Positions 15,536 through 26,467 of a stretch of DNA of 52,616 nucleotides are shown here, in pieces (within the stretch, counting starts at the first letter, position 1; every line of letters begins with the position of its first letter). The notes under the pieces were generated by a model. It saw nothing but the letters and a program-made list of their open reading frames with translations. It was not told the DNA's origin and did no database searches. This stretch comes from a virus. The translations under genes and the position numbers were made by a program. The stretch lies in the IMG/VR virus record IMGVR_UViG_3300024981_000016. The stretch is one strand, 5' to 3'.

Positions 15536-17081
15536 CTATGAGCGGCGTGTTCGGCTGCGCCTCAAGTCAGATCTGCTGCACTACGCTGAAAAGGTGCTCA
15601 GAATCAGGCCGAAGACGGCCGCTATCGAGCCGCTCATATTCAACCGCGCCCAGCGGTATATCCACGCTCAGCTGGAGCGGCAGAAGCAAGAGACGGGCAA
15701 GGTAAGGGCGCTCATCCTGAAAGGGCGTCAGCAAGGATGCAGCACTTACGTTTCGGCACGGTATTACCATCAGACGACGCATCGTCTCGGATGCAGGACC
15801 TTCATCCTCACCCACGAAGACGCGGCGACCCAGAACCTGTTCGAGATGGTTACCCGGTATCATGAGAACTGCAATCCACTTGTGAAGCCGTCGACAAGTG
15901 CGAGTAACGCCAAAGAGCTGTTCTTCGACCGCCTAGATAGCGGGTACAAGGTCGGCACAGCCGGAACTCGCGGGGTGGGGAGATCGAGCACAATCCAACT
16001 TTTCCATGGGTCTGAGGTAGCATTCTGGCCGAACGCCGAGAGCCATGCCGCTGGTGCCTTGCAGGCTGTGCCCGATGCAGATGGGACGGAGATCATTCTG
16101 GAGTCCACGGCCAACGGGGTTGGCAACTTCTTTCATCAGCGCTGGCGGGAAGCCGAGGCCAAGGGTAGCCAGTTTCAGGCCATTTTTGTGCCGTGGTATT
16201 GGCAGGAAGAATACAGGACTGCCGCACCTGAAGGGTTCGAACTCACCGACGAGGAAATTGAGTACGGCGAAGCCTACGATCTTGCCTTGGATCAGTTGGC
16301 TTGGCGCAGGACAAAGATCGCCGAACTCGGAGATACGCTGTTCAAGCAGGAATATCCCGCCAACTCGGCCGAAGCTTTTCAGGCGTCGGGACAGGACAGT
16401 TTCATTTCGCCAGAACTGATCCTCAGGGCTCGCAAGAACGAATGCGAGGCGAGCGGGCCGCTTGTCGTCGGGTACGACCCAGCATGGAAGGGTGCTGACC
16501 GTCATGCGATGGCATGGCGGCGGGGACGTAAACTGATCAAGATCGAGGTTCGCTCCGGCCTCGATACGATGCAGGGCGCCGGCTGGTGCAAGCGTGTTCT
16601 GGATGAGGACAGGCCGGCCCGAATGTTTCTCGATGTCGGCGGAGTTGGGGCTGGCGTTTACGACAGGCTCTGCGAAATGGGTTACTCCCGCAAGGTGGAG
16701 GCCATCAATTTCGGCGCGTCTCCCATGGAAAGCAGCGGTAAGGAAGCGGGCGGTCCGTTGAACCGCAGGGCCGAAATCTGGCTTCGATCCAAGGAATGGC
16801 TGTCTGAGCCGGCCGGCGTGGATATCCCGGACGAAGACGCGATCCAGGCTGACGCCTGCGGCCCCTCCTATCACTACGACAGCCTATCGCGGCTGGCTCT
16901 GGAAAAGAAGGATGATATGCGCAGGCGAGGCCTTCCCAGCCCCGACATCTGGGATGCCGTTGCGCTGACATTCTCGGAATACATCCGGCCGGAAGACGTG
17001 GAAGAGCGCGAGCGGGATTCATATCGTCGCGCGGAACAGCGCAGCCGGGCACGGAGGATCAACAGTTGGATGGTGGCATGA
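15507..17081 (+). CDS. terL: Terminase large subunit
   Basis: Walker A-like [13 protein letters not shown], an ATPase core, then a nuclease-like C-terminal half. Position between TerS and portal. Confidence 0.85.
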   Translation: MKTPSASLSDYERRVRLRLKSDLLHYAEKVLRIRPKTAAIEPLIFNRAQRYIHAQLERQKQETGKVRALILKGRQQGCSTYVSARYYHQTTHRLGCRTFILTHEDAATQNLFEMVTRYHENCNPLVKPSTSASNAKELFFDRLDSGYKVGTAGTRGVGRSSTIQLFHGSEVAFWPNAESHAAGALQAVPDADGTEIILESTANGVGNFFHQRWREAEAKGSQFQAIFVPWYWQEEYRTAAPEGFELTDEEIEYGEAYDLALDQLAWRRTKIAELGDTLFKQEYPANSAEAFQASGQDSFISPELILRARKNECEASGPLVVGYDPAWKGADRHAMAWRRGRKLIKIEVRSGLDTMQGAGWCKRVLDEDRPARMFLDVGGVGAGVYDRLCEMGYSRKVEAINFGASPMESSGKEAGGPLNRRAEIWLRSKEWLSEPAGVDIPDEDAIQADACGPSYHYDSLSRLALEKKDDMRRRGLPSPDIWDAVALTFSEYIRPEDVEERERDSYRRAEQRSRARRINSWMVA

Positions 17082-17500
17082 TGGTTGAAGACGAGATGCT
17101 GGCCCTCATCATCGAGGATCAGGACAAGGCAGCCCTTGACGACTATGCCGACGCGCGCGGGATTAAACTGGACCGACGCAAGGGCTTCGACAAGATGCTG
17201 GCCGATTTTCGGGCGGAAATTGGCGAGGAACCGGTCAAACCGGAGATGGCGCAGCCGGGCACGGAGGATCAACGAACCTCTCCATCTGTCGATGGTGAAG
17301 TCCTGGATGCCTATGCGTCGAAATGGGCCATGACGGTGGCGAAAGACGTGCATCGCGTCAGCGCGGAGATCGACGGGACAGAATTGAGGGTGACCATCGT
17401 TACTCGGCATGGGGTAACGTCGCGATGCGCCTTCCTGCTTGGCGGCGATGCAGCATCGATGCGATCTGCTTTCCAAGATATCGCGCGCCAGATCGGCTAA
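17078..17500 (+). CDS. Hypothetical protein between terminase and portal
   Basis: ORF track 17066..17500. ATG 17078 forms an ATGA overlap with the TerL stop. Confidence 0.6.
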   Translation: MMVEDEMLALIIEDQDKAALDDYADARGIKLDRRKGFDKMLADFRAEIGEEPVKPEMAQPGTEDQRTSPSVDGEVLDAYASKWAMTVAKDVHRVSAEIDGTELRVTIVTRHGVTSRCAFLLGGDAASMRSAFQDIARQIG

Positions 17501-17515
17501 CGGCGGGTTTTCTCC

Positions 17516-19642
17516 ATGGCTGACCGGACTGCATCCACATCGGATGCGGATGCGCCGTCTCGTCTTCTGGATGATGAGGCGCTCTTCGCTCGCATCAAAG
17601 GGTGGTACCGCGAGGATTGGGACCATCATCACGAGTGGATGAAGGGCGACGGTCAATTCGACGGCGGGGCTGAAGAAGATTTCAATTTCGTCGCCGGCCA
17701 CCAGTGGTCCGATGAGGAGCTCAGGAAGCTGGAAGCTGATGGGCGGCCCGCAAGTGTGTTCAACCGTATCACGCCGATGGTCGACAGCGTAGTTGGCTTC
17801 GAAGTTTCCAATAGGCAGGAAGTCCGGTTTCTCCCGCGCCAGATGGGGGCTTCAGGCATCAACGAACTGCTGACGGCGGCGGGTGATTGGTTCCGTGACC
17901 AGACCGATGGAGAGGACGAGGATTCTGACGCATTCAGGGACGCTGTAATTTGCGGCAAGGGATGGACTGAAACCCGTATTGACTACGAGACCAATCCTGA
18001 CGGCGATCCCAGCATCGAGCGTATCGATCCGATGGAAATATTCCCGGACAAGTATGCTCGCAAAGCTAATCTCGTGGATGCAAGGCGCATCTGGCGTATC
18101 CGCCGTATGACGTTGGAAGAGGCGGTTTCCATGTTCCCGGACGTGGATGAGAGCGCGCTTTCTGCCGGATGGGCGGATGCCAGCGCCACGTCGCCCGGCG
18201 AACGCGGACAGGAGCGCTACGAGAACGAAGATATCCCGCATATCGATGACAATAACACCATCGTGGAATGTCAGTGGTGGGAACTCGAACCGTTCGTCCG
18301 CTATGTCGATGGTGTTACCGGAACCGTCGAGGAGGTTCCTTTTGATGATTTCCAGCTTCTTATGGATAGGCTGGGGCAGCTTTCGCCGGAACAGATGGTG
18401 CTGATGGGTATTGCCCCCCCCAATCAAATGGTGGTGCAGAAGCGCCGCATTTACCGCAGGGCTTATCTTGGATCGATCATCCTCGGCAAACCTGAACTGC
18501 CTGTGGAGGGGCATTTCACCTATAAGTGCATCACCGGCAAGCGAGACCAGACCAAGGGGCAATTCTACGGCCTGGTACGGCCCATGAAAGACCCGCAGCG
18601 ATGGCTGAACAAGCTCTTTAGCCAGATCATGCACATCGTCAATTCCAACGCCAAGGGAGGCATTCTTGCTGAGCGCGGCGCCTTCGAGGATGACAGAGAG
18701 GCCGCTGCCAATTGGTCGCGCGCCGATGGCATCGTGTGGATGAACAAGGGCGCCATAGCCAAGCAGCAAATCATGCCAAAGCCTGTCGCCGCCTTCCCGG
18801 ATGGGCAGGCCAACATGCTTCAGTTCGCTATGGGTGCGATGCCAATGGTTACTGGCGTCAATCTCGAAATGCTGGGCATGAGCGAACGCCAGCAGGCCGG
18901 TGTTCTTGAATTCCAGCGCAGGCAGTCTGCGGTCACCATCCTCGCCACCTTGTTCGATAGCCTACGCCGTTATCGCAAGGAGCATGGCCGGTTGATGCTG
19001 CGCCTGATCCAGAAGTTTCTGTCCGATGGTCGGCTGGTCAAGATTGCTGGAGGCGATTATCCGCAGTTCGAGAGGCTGGATCGATCCAAGACGCTCGGCG
19101 AATATGAGGTCATCGTTGACGAGGCTCCGAACTCTCCGAATGCCAAGGAGCGGAACTGGTCCATCATACAGTCGATGATGCCCATGATCGGACAGGCGAT
19201 GACGCCGCAGATCGCGGCCGGGTTGTTGCGGTACTCACCACTCCCTGAAGGGGTGGTCAGTCAGATCGCTGAAAGTCTCACCCGTCCGCCACCTCCACCT
19301 CCTCCGGAGGCAGAGGTGCTGAAGCGGATCGATTTGGCGAAGCGGCTGGCCGAGGTGGACAAGGATGCGGCCGCGGCTGAAAAGTCGCGGGCCGACAGCA
19401 TGGCAAGACAGGCGGCCACATTTGCCGAATTGGCACCGTTTGTCGCGATGACCTCACCGGAATTGCCTCAGGCGCCGGTGCCGTCAGGGCCAATTCCGGG
19501 CCTCGATATACCGGTGGGGGCGGCAACGCCACCTCCCATGCCATCGATACCAACTCCTCCCAGCGATAGCGGTCCGGGGATGCCGCAACCGCCGATGGCG
19601 CCGATGCCGTTTGCCGTTCAGCCTGGTGGCATGGCGCAATAA
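17516..19642 (+). CDS. Portal protein with a Pro-rich C-terminal tail
   Basis: 708 aa. Lies downstream of terminase and upstream of scaffold and capsid. Contains FVAGHQWSDEELRKLEADGRPASVFNRI. Confidence 0.8.
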   Translation: MADRTASTSDADAPSRLLDDEALFARIKGWYREDWDHHHEWMKGDGQFDGGAEEDFNFVAGHQWSDEELRKLEADGRPASVFNRITPMVDSVVGFEVSNRQEVRFLPRQMGASGINELLTAAGDWFRDQTDGEDEDSDAFRDAVICGKGWTETRIDYETNPDGDPSIERIDPMEIFPDKYARKANLVDARRIWRIRRMTLEEAVSMFPDVDESALSAGWADASATSPGERGQERYENEDIPHIDDNNTIVECQWWELEPFVRYVDGVTGTVEEVPFDDFQLLMDRLGQLSPEQMVLMGIAPPNQMVVQKRRIYRRAYLGSIILGKPELPVEGHFTYKCITGKRDQTKGQFYGLVRPMKDPQRWLNKLFSQIMHIVNSNAKGGILAERGAFEDDREAAANWSRADGIVWMNKGAIAKQQIMPKPVAAFPDGQANMLQFAMGAMPMVTGVNLEMLGMSERQQAGVLEFQRRQSAVTILATLFDSLRRYRKEHGRLMLRLIQKFLSDGRLVKIAGGDYPQFERLDRSKTLGEYEVIVDEAPNSPNAKERNWSIIQSMMPMIGQAMTPQIAAGLLRYSPLPEGVVSQIAESLTRPPPPPPPEAEVLKRIDLAKRLAEVDKDAAAAEKSRADSMARQAATFAELAPFVAMTSPELPQAPVPSGPIPGLDIPVGAATPPPMPSIPTPPSDSGPGMPQPPMAPMPFAVQPGGMAQ

Positions 19643-19730
19643 TTCGTATCCGCCCACGGAACGGCGGGATCGCACGCGCCCCGCGATAGAGGCGCATTAC
19701 GTTGGCCAACGATACGGCCGGAGAAAAGAC

Positions 19731-20699
19731 ATGTCAGACCAAGAAATTTCCGATGACGTCCTGTCGCCGGAAGAAAAGGCCTATTTTGACAATCGTGGAG
19801 AAGCGAGCGACGCCGGTGGCGCTCCCGTAGTAGGGGCCGACCAGCCGAAGAATGCCGAAGAAGAAATATCGCCCCAGCACGGAGAAGATGGCGCTCAGGC
19901 ACCCTCAGATGGGGCGCAGAAACCTGCCGAAAAAGGTTCCGATGAAAGCCGGAAGGTTGACTATCGAGCCCTTCGGGAGGAGCGAGAGCGCCGCTATGCG
20001 CTAGAGGGCCAGTTGGCCCAGATGCAGCGTCAGTTTCAGGTCGTGGATCAGCGTCTTGCAATGATGCAGCAGGCCAATGTCGCTCAGCAGCAGAGGCCGG
20101 CCGACCCTCCCAGCCCGGAAGCCGACGTATTTGCATCTCTCCAATGGACGCAGAACGAATTGGCGGAGATGAAGCGCGCCGAAGCTGAGCGTAGGAGGGC
20201 AGAGTTCGAGCGAGAGCAGACAAGCCAATACGTAAACAACCTTGTGCAGGCGTGGAGCAATATCGCGGCTGATACTGCAAAATCTGAACCTGACCTCCCT
20301 GACGCATACAATTACCTCATCAATCAGCGGAAGCAGGAACTCGCCGCGTCTGGCCTCCCGCCGACACAGATCGAGGCTCAAGTTCGCCAAGACGAGTTGA
20401 TCTTTGTCGAACAGCAGATGCGAGCCAATCGTCATCCTGCCTACGCCATGATGGATATCGCCCGCGCTCGCGGATGGTCGCCAAAGCAGAGGGAAGCCGG
20501 ACAGGTTCCTGCTGCTGAGCGCCTAGAAACTGTCGCTCGGGGGCAGGAGGCGAACCGTTCCATGTCGGGCCTTGGAACGAGCGGCGCAAGTCGCGGCAGG
20601 GTCGACACCAAGGCTCTCGCTGAAATGACCGAGGATGAATTTCAGGCCTTTCTTTCGAAGAACGGAGAAAAGGGCTTCAAGGCGGCGCTGAGCCGCTAG
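19731..20699 (+). CDS. Scaffolding protein
   Basis: Acidic N-terminus, long coiled-coil-like Q/E/R-rich core, position between portal and capsid. GGAGAAAAG upstream of ATG 19731. Confidence 0.65.
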   Translation: MSDQEISDDVLSPEEKAYFDNRGEASDAGGAPVVGADQPKNAEEEISPQHGEDGAQAPSDGAQKPAEKGSDESRKVDYRALREERERRYALEGQLAQMQRQFQVVDQRLAMMQQANVAQQQRPADPPSPEADVFASLQWTQNELAEMKRAEAERRRAEFEREQTSQYVNNLVQAWSNIAADTAKSEPDLPDAYNYLINQRKQELAASGLPPTQIEAQVRQDELIFVEQQMRANRHPAYAMMDIARARGWSPKQREAGQVPAAERLETVARGQEANRSMSGLGTSGASRGRVDTKALAEMTEDEFQAFLSKNGEKGFKAALSR

Positions 20700-20887
20700 C
20701 CCGGCATAGCCGGAGACTTCGTCTCGCCCAACGTTACGGGCGGGCGGCATAGGGGCCGCCTCAAAATTCCCTCTCGGTAGCTCCCCGATACGAGCATGTT
20801 CGCAGGCCCAGAGCGTCACTGGTGTCCCGTTGGCTGCACGACACGCGCGTCTCAACCCACCCGCAATTTCCAGAAGGAAACAAGACC

Positions 20888-21961
20888 ATGGCTGTCACCA
20901 GCTTTGGCGTCAACGACGCCTTGGCTGTGAAAGTGTGGGCTAGGCGGCTCGATGTTGAAGCGCTCAAAGAGACCCATTTCGCTTCGTACATCGGTTCGTC
21001 TGCGTCCTCGCTTGCACAGGAAATGACTGAACTGAAGAAGGGCCCCGGCGATCAAATCACTTGGGGCCTGCGCATGCTCGCCAGCGGCGAGGGCGTGTCG
21101 GAAGGCGAAGTTCTCGAAGGAAACGAGGAGAACATCACCCGCTATTCCGATACGATGATCATCAACGAACTTCGTCACGCGATCCGCGTGAAGAACGAGG
21201 GCTCGATTGACCGTCAGCGTGTTCCTTACGAACTGCGCGAGGAGGCATACGAGACGCTGAAGGATTGGTGGGCCGACAGGCTGGACACCTCCTTCTTCAA
21301 CGTTCTCGCCGGCAACACCGCTCAGAACAACAAGAAGTATACCGGCTTCAACGATCCGCTGGCGCCGTCCAGCAATCGCGTAATCCGGCCTGGAGCGAAG
21401 ACCGACGACCAGTCCCTCACCAATTCGGAGCCGTTTAAGCTCAGCTTGATCGATGATGCCCGTAACAAGGCGTCGACGGCGGCCCCCCCGCTGCGATCAA
21501 TCAAGGGGCTCGGCCGCGACGTGGATTATGTCTGCTTCGTGCATCCCGATCAGGTACTTTCTCTGCGCAAGGACACTGCGTCGGCCGGCAATTGGTTCGA
21601 CCTCCAGAAGTCTCGCTTGCAGGGCGGCGAGCGGGATTCTTCCGCGTTCTATACCGGCGCGGTGGGGATCTACAACCGCACGCTCCTGGTGGAGGCGCAC
21701 CGTATTCCGCAGGGGGTAAATTCCTCCAGCGGCGTTTCGGTAAGCAGCACTCGCCGCGCCGTATTCTGCGGCGCCCAGGCGATTTCCGTGGCTTTCGGCA
21801 AGAACGGTGGCCCGACGAAGTTCAAGTGGGTCGAAGATGTCTTCGACTACGAAAATGAACTCGGCGTGGCTGGCTCCCTTATCTTCGGAATGAAGAAGGG
21901 GCGCTACAATGGCGAGGACTTCGGGTCCATCGTCATCTCCACCTACGCCGTCCCGGCATAA
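20888..21961 (+). CDS. Major capsid protein
   Basis: 357 aa directly after the scaffold gene. Strong hairpin two genes downstream. GAAGGAAAC upstream of ATG 20888. Confidence 0.8.
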   Translation: MAVTSFGVNDALAVKVWARRLDVEALKETHFASYIGSSASSLAQEMTELKKGPGDQITWGLRMLASGEGVSEGEVLEGNEENITRYSDTMIINELRHAIRVKNEGSIDRQRVPYELREEAYETLKDWWADRLDTSFFNVLAGNTAQNNKKYTGFNDPLAPSSNRVIRPGAKTDDQSLTNSEPFKLSLIDDARNKASTAAPPLRSIKGLGRDVDYVCFVHPDQVLSLRKDTASAGNWFDLQKSRLQGGERDSSAFYTGAVGIYNRTLLVEAHRIPQGVNSSSGVSVSSTRRAVFCGAQAISVAFGKNGGPTKFKWVEDVFDYENELGVAGSLIFGMKKGRYNGEDFGSIVISTYAVPA

Positions 21962-21973
21962 GGAGATACGAAT

Positions 21974-22369
21974 ATGCCCACCAACACTCCCGGAAGCACC
22001 GCGCGACGCAATACCACGCAGCAGATTCACTATCTGCGCCGAGATATTGTGTTCGGGGATACGGGTGCGCTGACGGTCGGGATTTTGCCGGCCGGAGCGG
22101 TCATTCACAAGGCAATGTCGGGCGTTGACGTTCAGGTCGCGTTCAACAACGGATCGACCAATACGCTCAATATCGGCACGCCCGCCAATGACGACCTGTA
22201 TGCGACGGCGCTGGCAACTGGCGCTATCGCCTTTGTGGCTCTTGATGAAGCGGTCTCCATGAAGGTGGCCGCCGACACCAAGATCATCGCCACGCAGGCG
22301 GTAAGCGGCGGGGCCGCTACGGCCGGACAGGCCAGTGTCGTCATCGCCTACACGCTGCCCGACCGCTGA
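21974..22369 (+). CDS. Putative capsid decoration or accessory head protein
   Basis: 131 aa, Ala/Gly/Thr-rich beta-type sequence immediately after the capsid gene. Confidence 0.4.
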   Translation: MPTNTPGSTARRNTTQQIHYLRRDIVFGDTGALTVGILPAGAVIHKAMSGVDVQVAFNNGSTNTLNIGTPANDDLYATALATGAIAFVALDEAVSMKVAADTKIIATQAVSGGAATAGQASVVIAYTLPDR

Positions 22370-22376
22370 CGGTCAT

Positions 22377-22403
22377 AGCCGGGGCCGAAGCTTGGCCCCG
22401 GCT
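22377..22403 (+). terminator. Perfect 10-bp GC hairpin after the head genes (attenuator or terminator; no U-tract)
   Basis: AGCCGGGGCC-GAAGCTT-GGCCCCGGCT. Confidence 0.45.
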
Positions 22404-22425
22404 ACCATCCAGTCGAGGATCGTTC

Positions 22426-23064
22426 ATGGCAAAGCTGTACGATATGCTTGATCGCGTAACCGCTGAAACAAAGCGATACGATCTACGCCAAGCTGCGGCT
22501 CAAGAGGCCTATTCCGCCATCAGATTTTACAGCGGGCGGCGGTTTTGGTTTAACGAACGGCGAAGCCGCGTGGCTTTTGATACCGTATCCGGTCAGTCCG
22601 ATTATACGGGCGCAGCCCATGCGGACATCCCGAATCTGATCAGCATCGATTTCGTCTCTCTCGCCCACGGAGGGCGATCGAGGCACCTTTCGCCAGTTGC
22701 GCCAAAAGAGATGGATCGCATGATCGATCTGGGCGCCGCTCCAGAGAGTGTGCCTGCGAAATACGCCTACTATGGGCAGGAACTGCGCGTCTATCCCGTC
22801 CCAAACGCCGCCTACCCTGTGAAAATCGCAGGAGTGACGCGGTGGCCGGCGCCAGCCAACGCATATGAGGACGGCAATCCATGGATGAATGAAGCGGAAG
22901 AACTCATCCGGTTCAGGGTCGAGTCCAAACTATGGGCAAATTGGATGGGCGATAGTGAAACCGGCGAGGTTCTGGCCGCACAAGAACAGGCTACGCTCGA
23001 CGACCTTCTTGAAGAGACCAGTCGAAGGATGCAGGTCTCCCGGCTCCGCTCTACGGCAGCTTAA
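22426..23064 (+). CDS. Head-tail adaptor or tail tubular protein A-like
   Basis: 212 aa in the position held by gp11 in T7-like gene order. Confidence 0.4.
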   Translation: MAKLYDMLDRVTAETKRYDLRQAAAQEAYSAIRFYSGRRFWFNERRSRVAFDTVSGQSDYTGAAHADIPNLISIDFVSLAHGGRSRHLSPVAPKEMDRMIDLGAAPESVPAKYAYYGQELRVYPVPNAAYPVKIAGVTRWPAPANAYEDGNPWMNEAEELIRFRVESKLWANWMGDSETGEVLAAQEQATLDDLLEETSRRMQVSRLRSTAA

Positions 23065-23066
23065 CA

Positions 23067-23255
23067 ATGCCTCCCGCTCAATCCCGACGCGCCGTTGTCG
23101 ACGCGACCGCCCCATCGTGGGGCAAGCGACTGGCCGACGATCTCAACTCGATCATCGCGCAGCTCAGTGCGCAGGTCTCCGAGGCTCAGGGAACGATCGA
23201 GAGCCAGAAGGCCGAGATCGAAGACCTTAAGACCCGCGTGACCGCGCTGGAGTAG
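23067..23255 (+). CDS. Small coiled-coil virion-module protein
   Basis: ORF track. Heptad-like LNSIIAQLSAQVSEAQGTIESQKAEIEDLKTRVTALE. Confidence 0.55.
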   Translation: MPPAQSRRAVVDATAPSWGKRLADDLNSIIAQLSAQVSEAQGTIESQKAEIEDLKTRVTALE

Positions 23256-23258
23256 CTC

Positions 23259-24341
23259 ATGTACGGCAATCCGAATTTCACGCCGCTGGCGCCGACCAAA
23301 AGCGAGGTCATCCGCACACCGCAGGAGATGATGGCGCGTGCGCGCGCCGCCTATGATCGGCAGGCCGAAAACGCACAGGCGCGGCAGGAGAAGGATGCGC
23401 AGGCGAGGCTCGCGGCGCAGGATCAGGCGGCGCAAAACCTCCTCGACTATTTCAAGGACAACCCGGCCAGCTATACGGGGCAGCAGTACATCTACGATCC
23501 CCTCTATGGGGTAAACGTTGCAAAACAGTTCGACCCGAATGATTTCACCGCGACGCCGATGTATTACCAGGGCGCCGGAAACGGCCGGAGCACTCTGGCA
23601 GACGGGACGTTCAACCCGACACTGGACGACGCCAAAGCGCTTCTGGCGGGGACGGCGGGCTACAACTACACGGCCTTCCAGAAGGGCGATACGCCCATCG
23701 ACACGATCAAGCGTGCCTTCGGAGGAGGGATATCCGACGACGCGGCCAATTATCTGCTGTCGCTTGGGTTGAAAGACCAGGGCGACAGGACCGTTGGCGA
23801 CATTCGGGACAATGGCATCGTCTACAGCAATCGCTTCGCGGACACGGACAAGCCTCTGGCTGCATGGACGGGGCCTGATCAGGTCGGTCTCAAGAACCTC
23901 TTCAAGGATGCCGGCGCCGACTGGACGTCTTTCAATCCTCTGCCAACCGGCCAGAGCGCGGCCGACTGGAATTCCATCGTTGGAGGTGTGAACAACAAGA
24001 TCGCCCAACAGGACGAGCGCAACCGCTACGCCAACCTCGCCTACAACAATTACACGCTAGGCGGAGGCTACGGCGGGGGCATGATCAACGACAGCTATTC
24101 CGCTCCCTTCGCTGGTTCGATGGATGTCGGCCAGAACTGGTACGGCTGGGGAGGCAGTTCCGGTGCGACGATGCCGGAAGCCGCGCAGTCGTGGAACACA
24201 CCGAGCTATGGGCAGCCCAATTCGCCCCTCAGCGGCTCCTACGGTGGCCTTGGCGGGCTCGGCGGCTTCGGTGGCCGTGGACGCGGGAACGGCTGGGGCG
24301 GCGGCCCTTGGGGCTCTCAAAACCCATGGAGCCCCAGCTGA
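23259..24341 (+). CDS. Virion-module protein with a Gly-rich C-terminus
   Basis: ORF track. C-terminal GGLGGLGGFGGRGRGNGWGGGPWG. Confidence 0.65.
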   Translation: MYGNPNFTPLAPTKSEVIRTPQEMMARARAAYDRQAENAQARQEKDAQARLAAQDQAAQNLLDYFKDNPASYTGQQYIYDPLYGVNVAKQFDPNDFTATPMYYQGAGNGRSTLADGTFNPTLDDAKALLAGTAGYNYTAFQKGDTPIDTIKRAFGGGISDDAANYLLSLGLKDQGDRTVGDIRDNGIVYSNRFADTDKPLAAWTGPDQVGLKNLFKDAGADWTSFNPLPTGQSAADWNSIVGGVNNKIAQQDERNRYANLAYNNYTLGGGYGGGMINDSYSAPFAGSMDVGQNWYGWGGSSGATMPEAAQSWNTPSYGQPNSPLSGSYGGLGGLGGFGGRGRGNGWGGGPWGSQNPWSPS

Positions 24342-26467
24342 TGTGGACGACCGTCAAGCTTGAGTTCAAGCCTGGGATCGTCATCGACAGTTCTGAACTG
24401 GCATCCGAGGGCGGTTATGTCCAAGGCGATAAGGTGCGCTGGCGGCGTGGCTATGCCGAGACGATCGGCGGATGGCAGCGCTATTCCAATGTGACCTTCG
24501 ATGGGATCGTTCGGGGCGCGAAGTCGTGGGCGACACTGGATGGCGCCGCACGCATCGCCTACGGGACGCAGGATAAGCTCTACTCGGGCACGACGCCGAG
24601 GGCGATCACGCCGCTCCTGACCGAGGTCGTGCTTGGCGCGAACCCGTTTTCGCGGACCGCGGGCCTGAAGGCGGTCGTCGTCACGCACCCCGGCCATGGG
24701 CTTCGTGTCGGGGATAGCGTCACATTCGTGGAGAAGGGCGAGAACGTCCGGACGGAAATCGTCACGGGCGTAATCGACGTAAACCACTACACGTACGATC
24801 TGCCGAGCCCTGCGGGCAGCACGTTGACGTGGGGCGGTGCTGGGCTGGCGGGCGGTTCCAATAAGGAAGATTTCTCACGGGCCTATGCGAGCCTGCCAGC
24901 CGGTGTTCTGGACGCGTCCACCAGCCCGCCAGCGGTGCCTACCACGTGGTCTATCGACAATTTCGGAGAGCAAATCGTCACCGTTCGCGATGGCGGCACA
25001 CTTTGCGCCGGGTACATTCTGGACGCAGCCGCGCCCGAGCTTGTCGTCAACGGCGATTTCACGACGAACAGCGATTGGGCGAAGGGAACGGGCTGGTCGA
25101 TCTCAGGCGGTCTCGCGCATCAGTCCGCTGGCAATACCAGCAATCTGTCCCAAACGATGAAGGGCAAACTCAAGCCTGGGCATGCATATCGGCTGTCGTT
25201 CAAGTCGAAGCGGGGCGCGAACGTCGATTCCAACACCATGACGGTGAGCCTGAACACGGGCGATCCTCCCGCGATGGTCGACATCTTTCCGGGCTATTAT
25301 CCGCAGTTTGGCACTGATCCGGGCTATTCGGTTGTCTTCGTGGCGCCGGCCGGGCCCATCCTTGATCTTGTGTTCCGGGGCGTCACGAGGATAGGTGTCG
25401 GGCAGGATATCGACAAGGTTTCCGTGAAGGAAGTCGAGTGCGCGCCGATCTCCAATGCGCCGACATACATCAATTCGATGTTCGTCGATCCGAATGGCTT
25501 CGTGGTGCTGCTCGGCACGACGGAGGCGGATGGCGACTTCAACCCAATGCTGGTGCGATGGTCGGATCAGGGGAATGCGCGGTCATGGGTTCCAGACAAC
25601 AACAGTCTGGCGGGTGAGAATTCACTCCGCGTTGGTAGTCGGATCGTGGCCGGAAAGGCGACACGCCAGCAGAACCTTCTCTTCACCGACACATCGCTCT
25701 ATTCGATGCAGTTTGTCGGCGGGACGGAGGTGTTTTCCTTTGCCCTGATCGCGTCCGGCTGCGGGCTGATCGCGCGGTTCGCTGCTGCGGAAATCAACGG
25801 CATCTCGTTCTGGATGAGCGGCGACGGGAATTTTTACATCTTCCAGGGCGCCATCCCTCAGATCATCGACTGCCCGCTCAGGGATGATGTCTACAACAAC
25901 CTCAACGCCGCGCAGAAGTCCAAAATCTACGCCGGGGTGAACTCGAAATACTCGGAAATCTGGTGGTTTTACCCGCGTGGCGAGAACACCGAGTGCTCGC
26001 ACTATGTGGCCTACAACTGGGTCGAAAATTATTGGACCCAAGGCGAGTTGCCCCGCACCACATGGGTGCGCGACGGTGTGTTTTCGAACCCTATCGGCTT
26101 CGGCGTCGATCACATCGTCTACAAGCACGAGCTTGGCCACCTTGCCGACGGCATGACGATGAGCTGGAGCCTCGAAACTGGATACGCCGACATCGAGGAC
26201 GGCAACAATCTGACGGCGATCTCCGAATTTCGGTGCGATCACGCCTATCAGGTCGGGGACATCAAGATCAGCTTCGAGTTTCGAGAAAACGCCATCGGCC
26301 CGGTGGCGACGGAAGGACCGCATTCGGTCAAGCCGACAACGAAGCGTCTGCAATTCCGGCGCATGGGCCGGCAGGTGAAAATCCGCTGGGAAAACGGCCC
26401 CGACAACGAGGGCTGGCGGGACGGCGTGAAGGCCGTCGTGATCCAGAAGAGCGGCGCCCAACGCTGA
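24341..26467 (+). CDS. Tail tubular protein B-like or large tail protein
   Basis: 708 aa, by size and position in T7-like order. ATG 24341 overlaps the upstream TGA. Confidence 0.5.
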   Translation: MWTTVKLEFKPGIVIDSSELASEGGYVQGDKVRWRRGYAETIGGWQRYSNVTFDGIVRGAKSWATLDGAARIAYGTQDKLYSGTTPRAITPLLTEVVLGANPFSRTAGLKAVVVTHPGHGLRVGDSVTFVEKGENVRTEIVTGVIDVNHYTYDLPSPAGSTLTWGGAGLAGGSNKEDFSRAYASLPAGVLDASTSPPAVPTTWSIDNFGEQIVTVRDGGTLCAGYILDAAAPELVVNGDFTTNSDWAKGTGWSISGGLAHQSAGNTSNLSQTMKGKLKPGHAYRLSFKSKRGANVDSNTMTVSLNTGDPPAMVDIFPGYYPQFGTDPGYSVVFVAPAGPILDLVFRGVTRIGVGQDIDKVSVKEVECAPISNAPTYINSMFVDPNGFVVLLGTTEADGDFNPMLVRWSDQGNARSWVPDNNSLAGENSLRVGSRIVAGKATRQQNLLFTDTSLYSMQFVGGTEVFSFALIASGCGLIARFAAAEINGISFWMSGDGNFYIFQGAIPQIIDCPLRDDVYNNLNAAQKSKIYAGVNSKYSEIWWFYPRGENTECSHYVAYNWVENYWTQGELPRTTWVRDGVFSNPIGFGVDHIVYKHELGHLADGMTMSWSLETGYADIEDGNNLTAISEFRCDHAYQVGDIKISFEFRENAIGPVATEGPHSVKPTTKRLQFRRMGRQVKIRWENGPDNEGWRDGVKAVVIQKSGAQR

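Noticed and set aside
15933-17701. Long minus-strand ORFs 15933..16874 (313 aa) and 16874..17701 (275 aa) opposite the terminase and portal region
   Set aside because: They are shadow ORFs opposite genes with clear terminase and portal features, and their products are low-complexity and Arg/Pro-rich.
20700-20887. Hairpins (CCGGC-ATA-GCCGG, GGCGGC-ATAGGG-GCCGCC) in the 188-nt scaffold-capsid spacer as terminators, and a recurring GGC-ATAG motif seen at several intergenic sites
   Set aside because: The stems are short (5-6 bp) and lack U-tracts. The CATAG recurrence is too short and too loosely defined to separate from chance without a computed background.
23061-24008. 315-aa minus-strand ORF opposite virion genes. 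The same applies to 25622..26539, 26780..27844, 30261..31205 and 36332..37249.
   Set aside because: All lie antisense to coupled plus-strand genes with recognisable domains or composition. Their own products are Arg-rich with no motifs.
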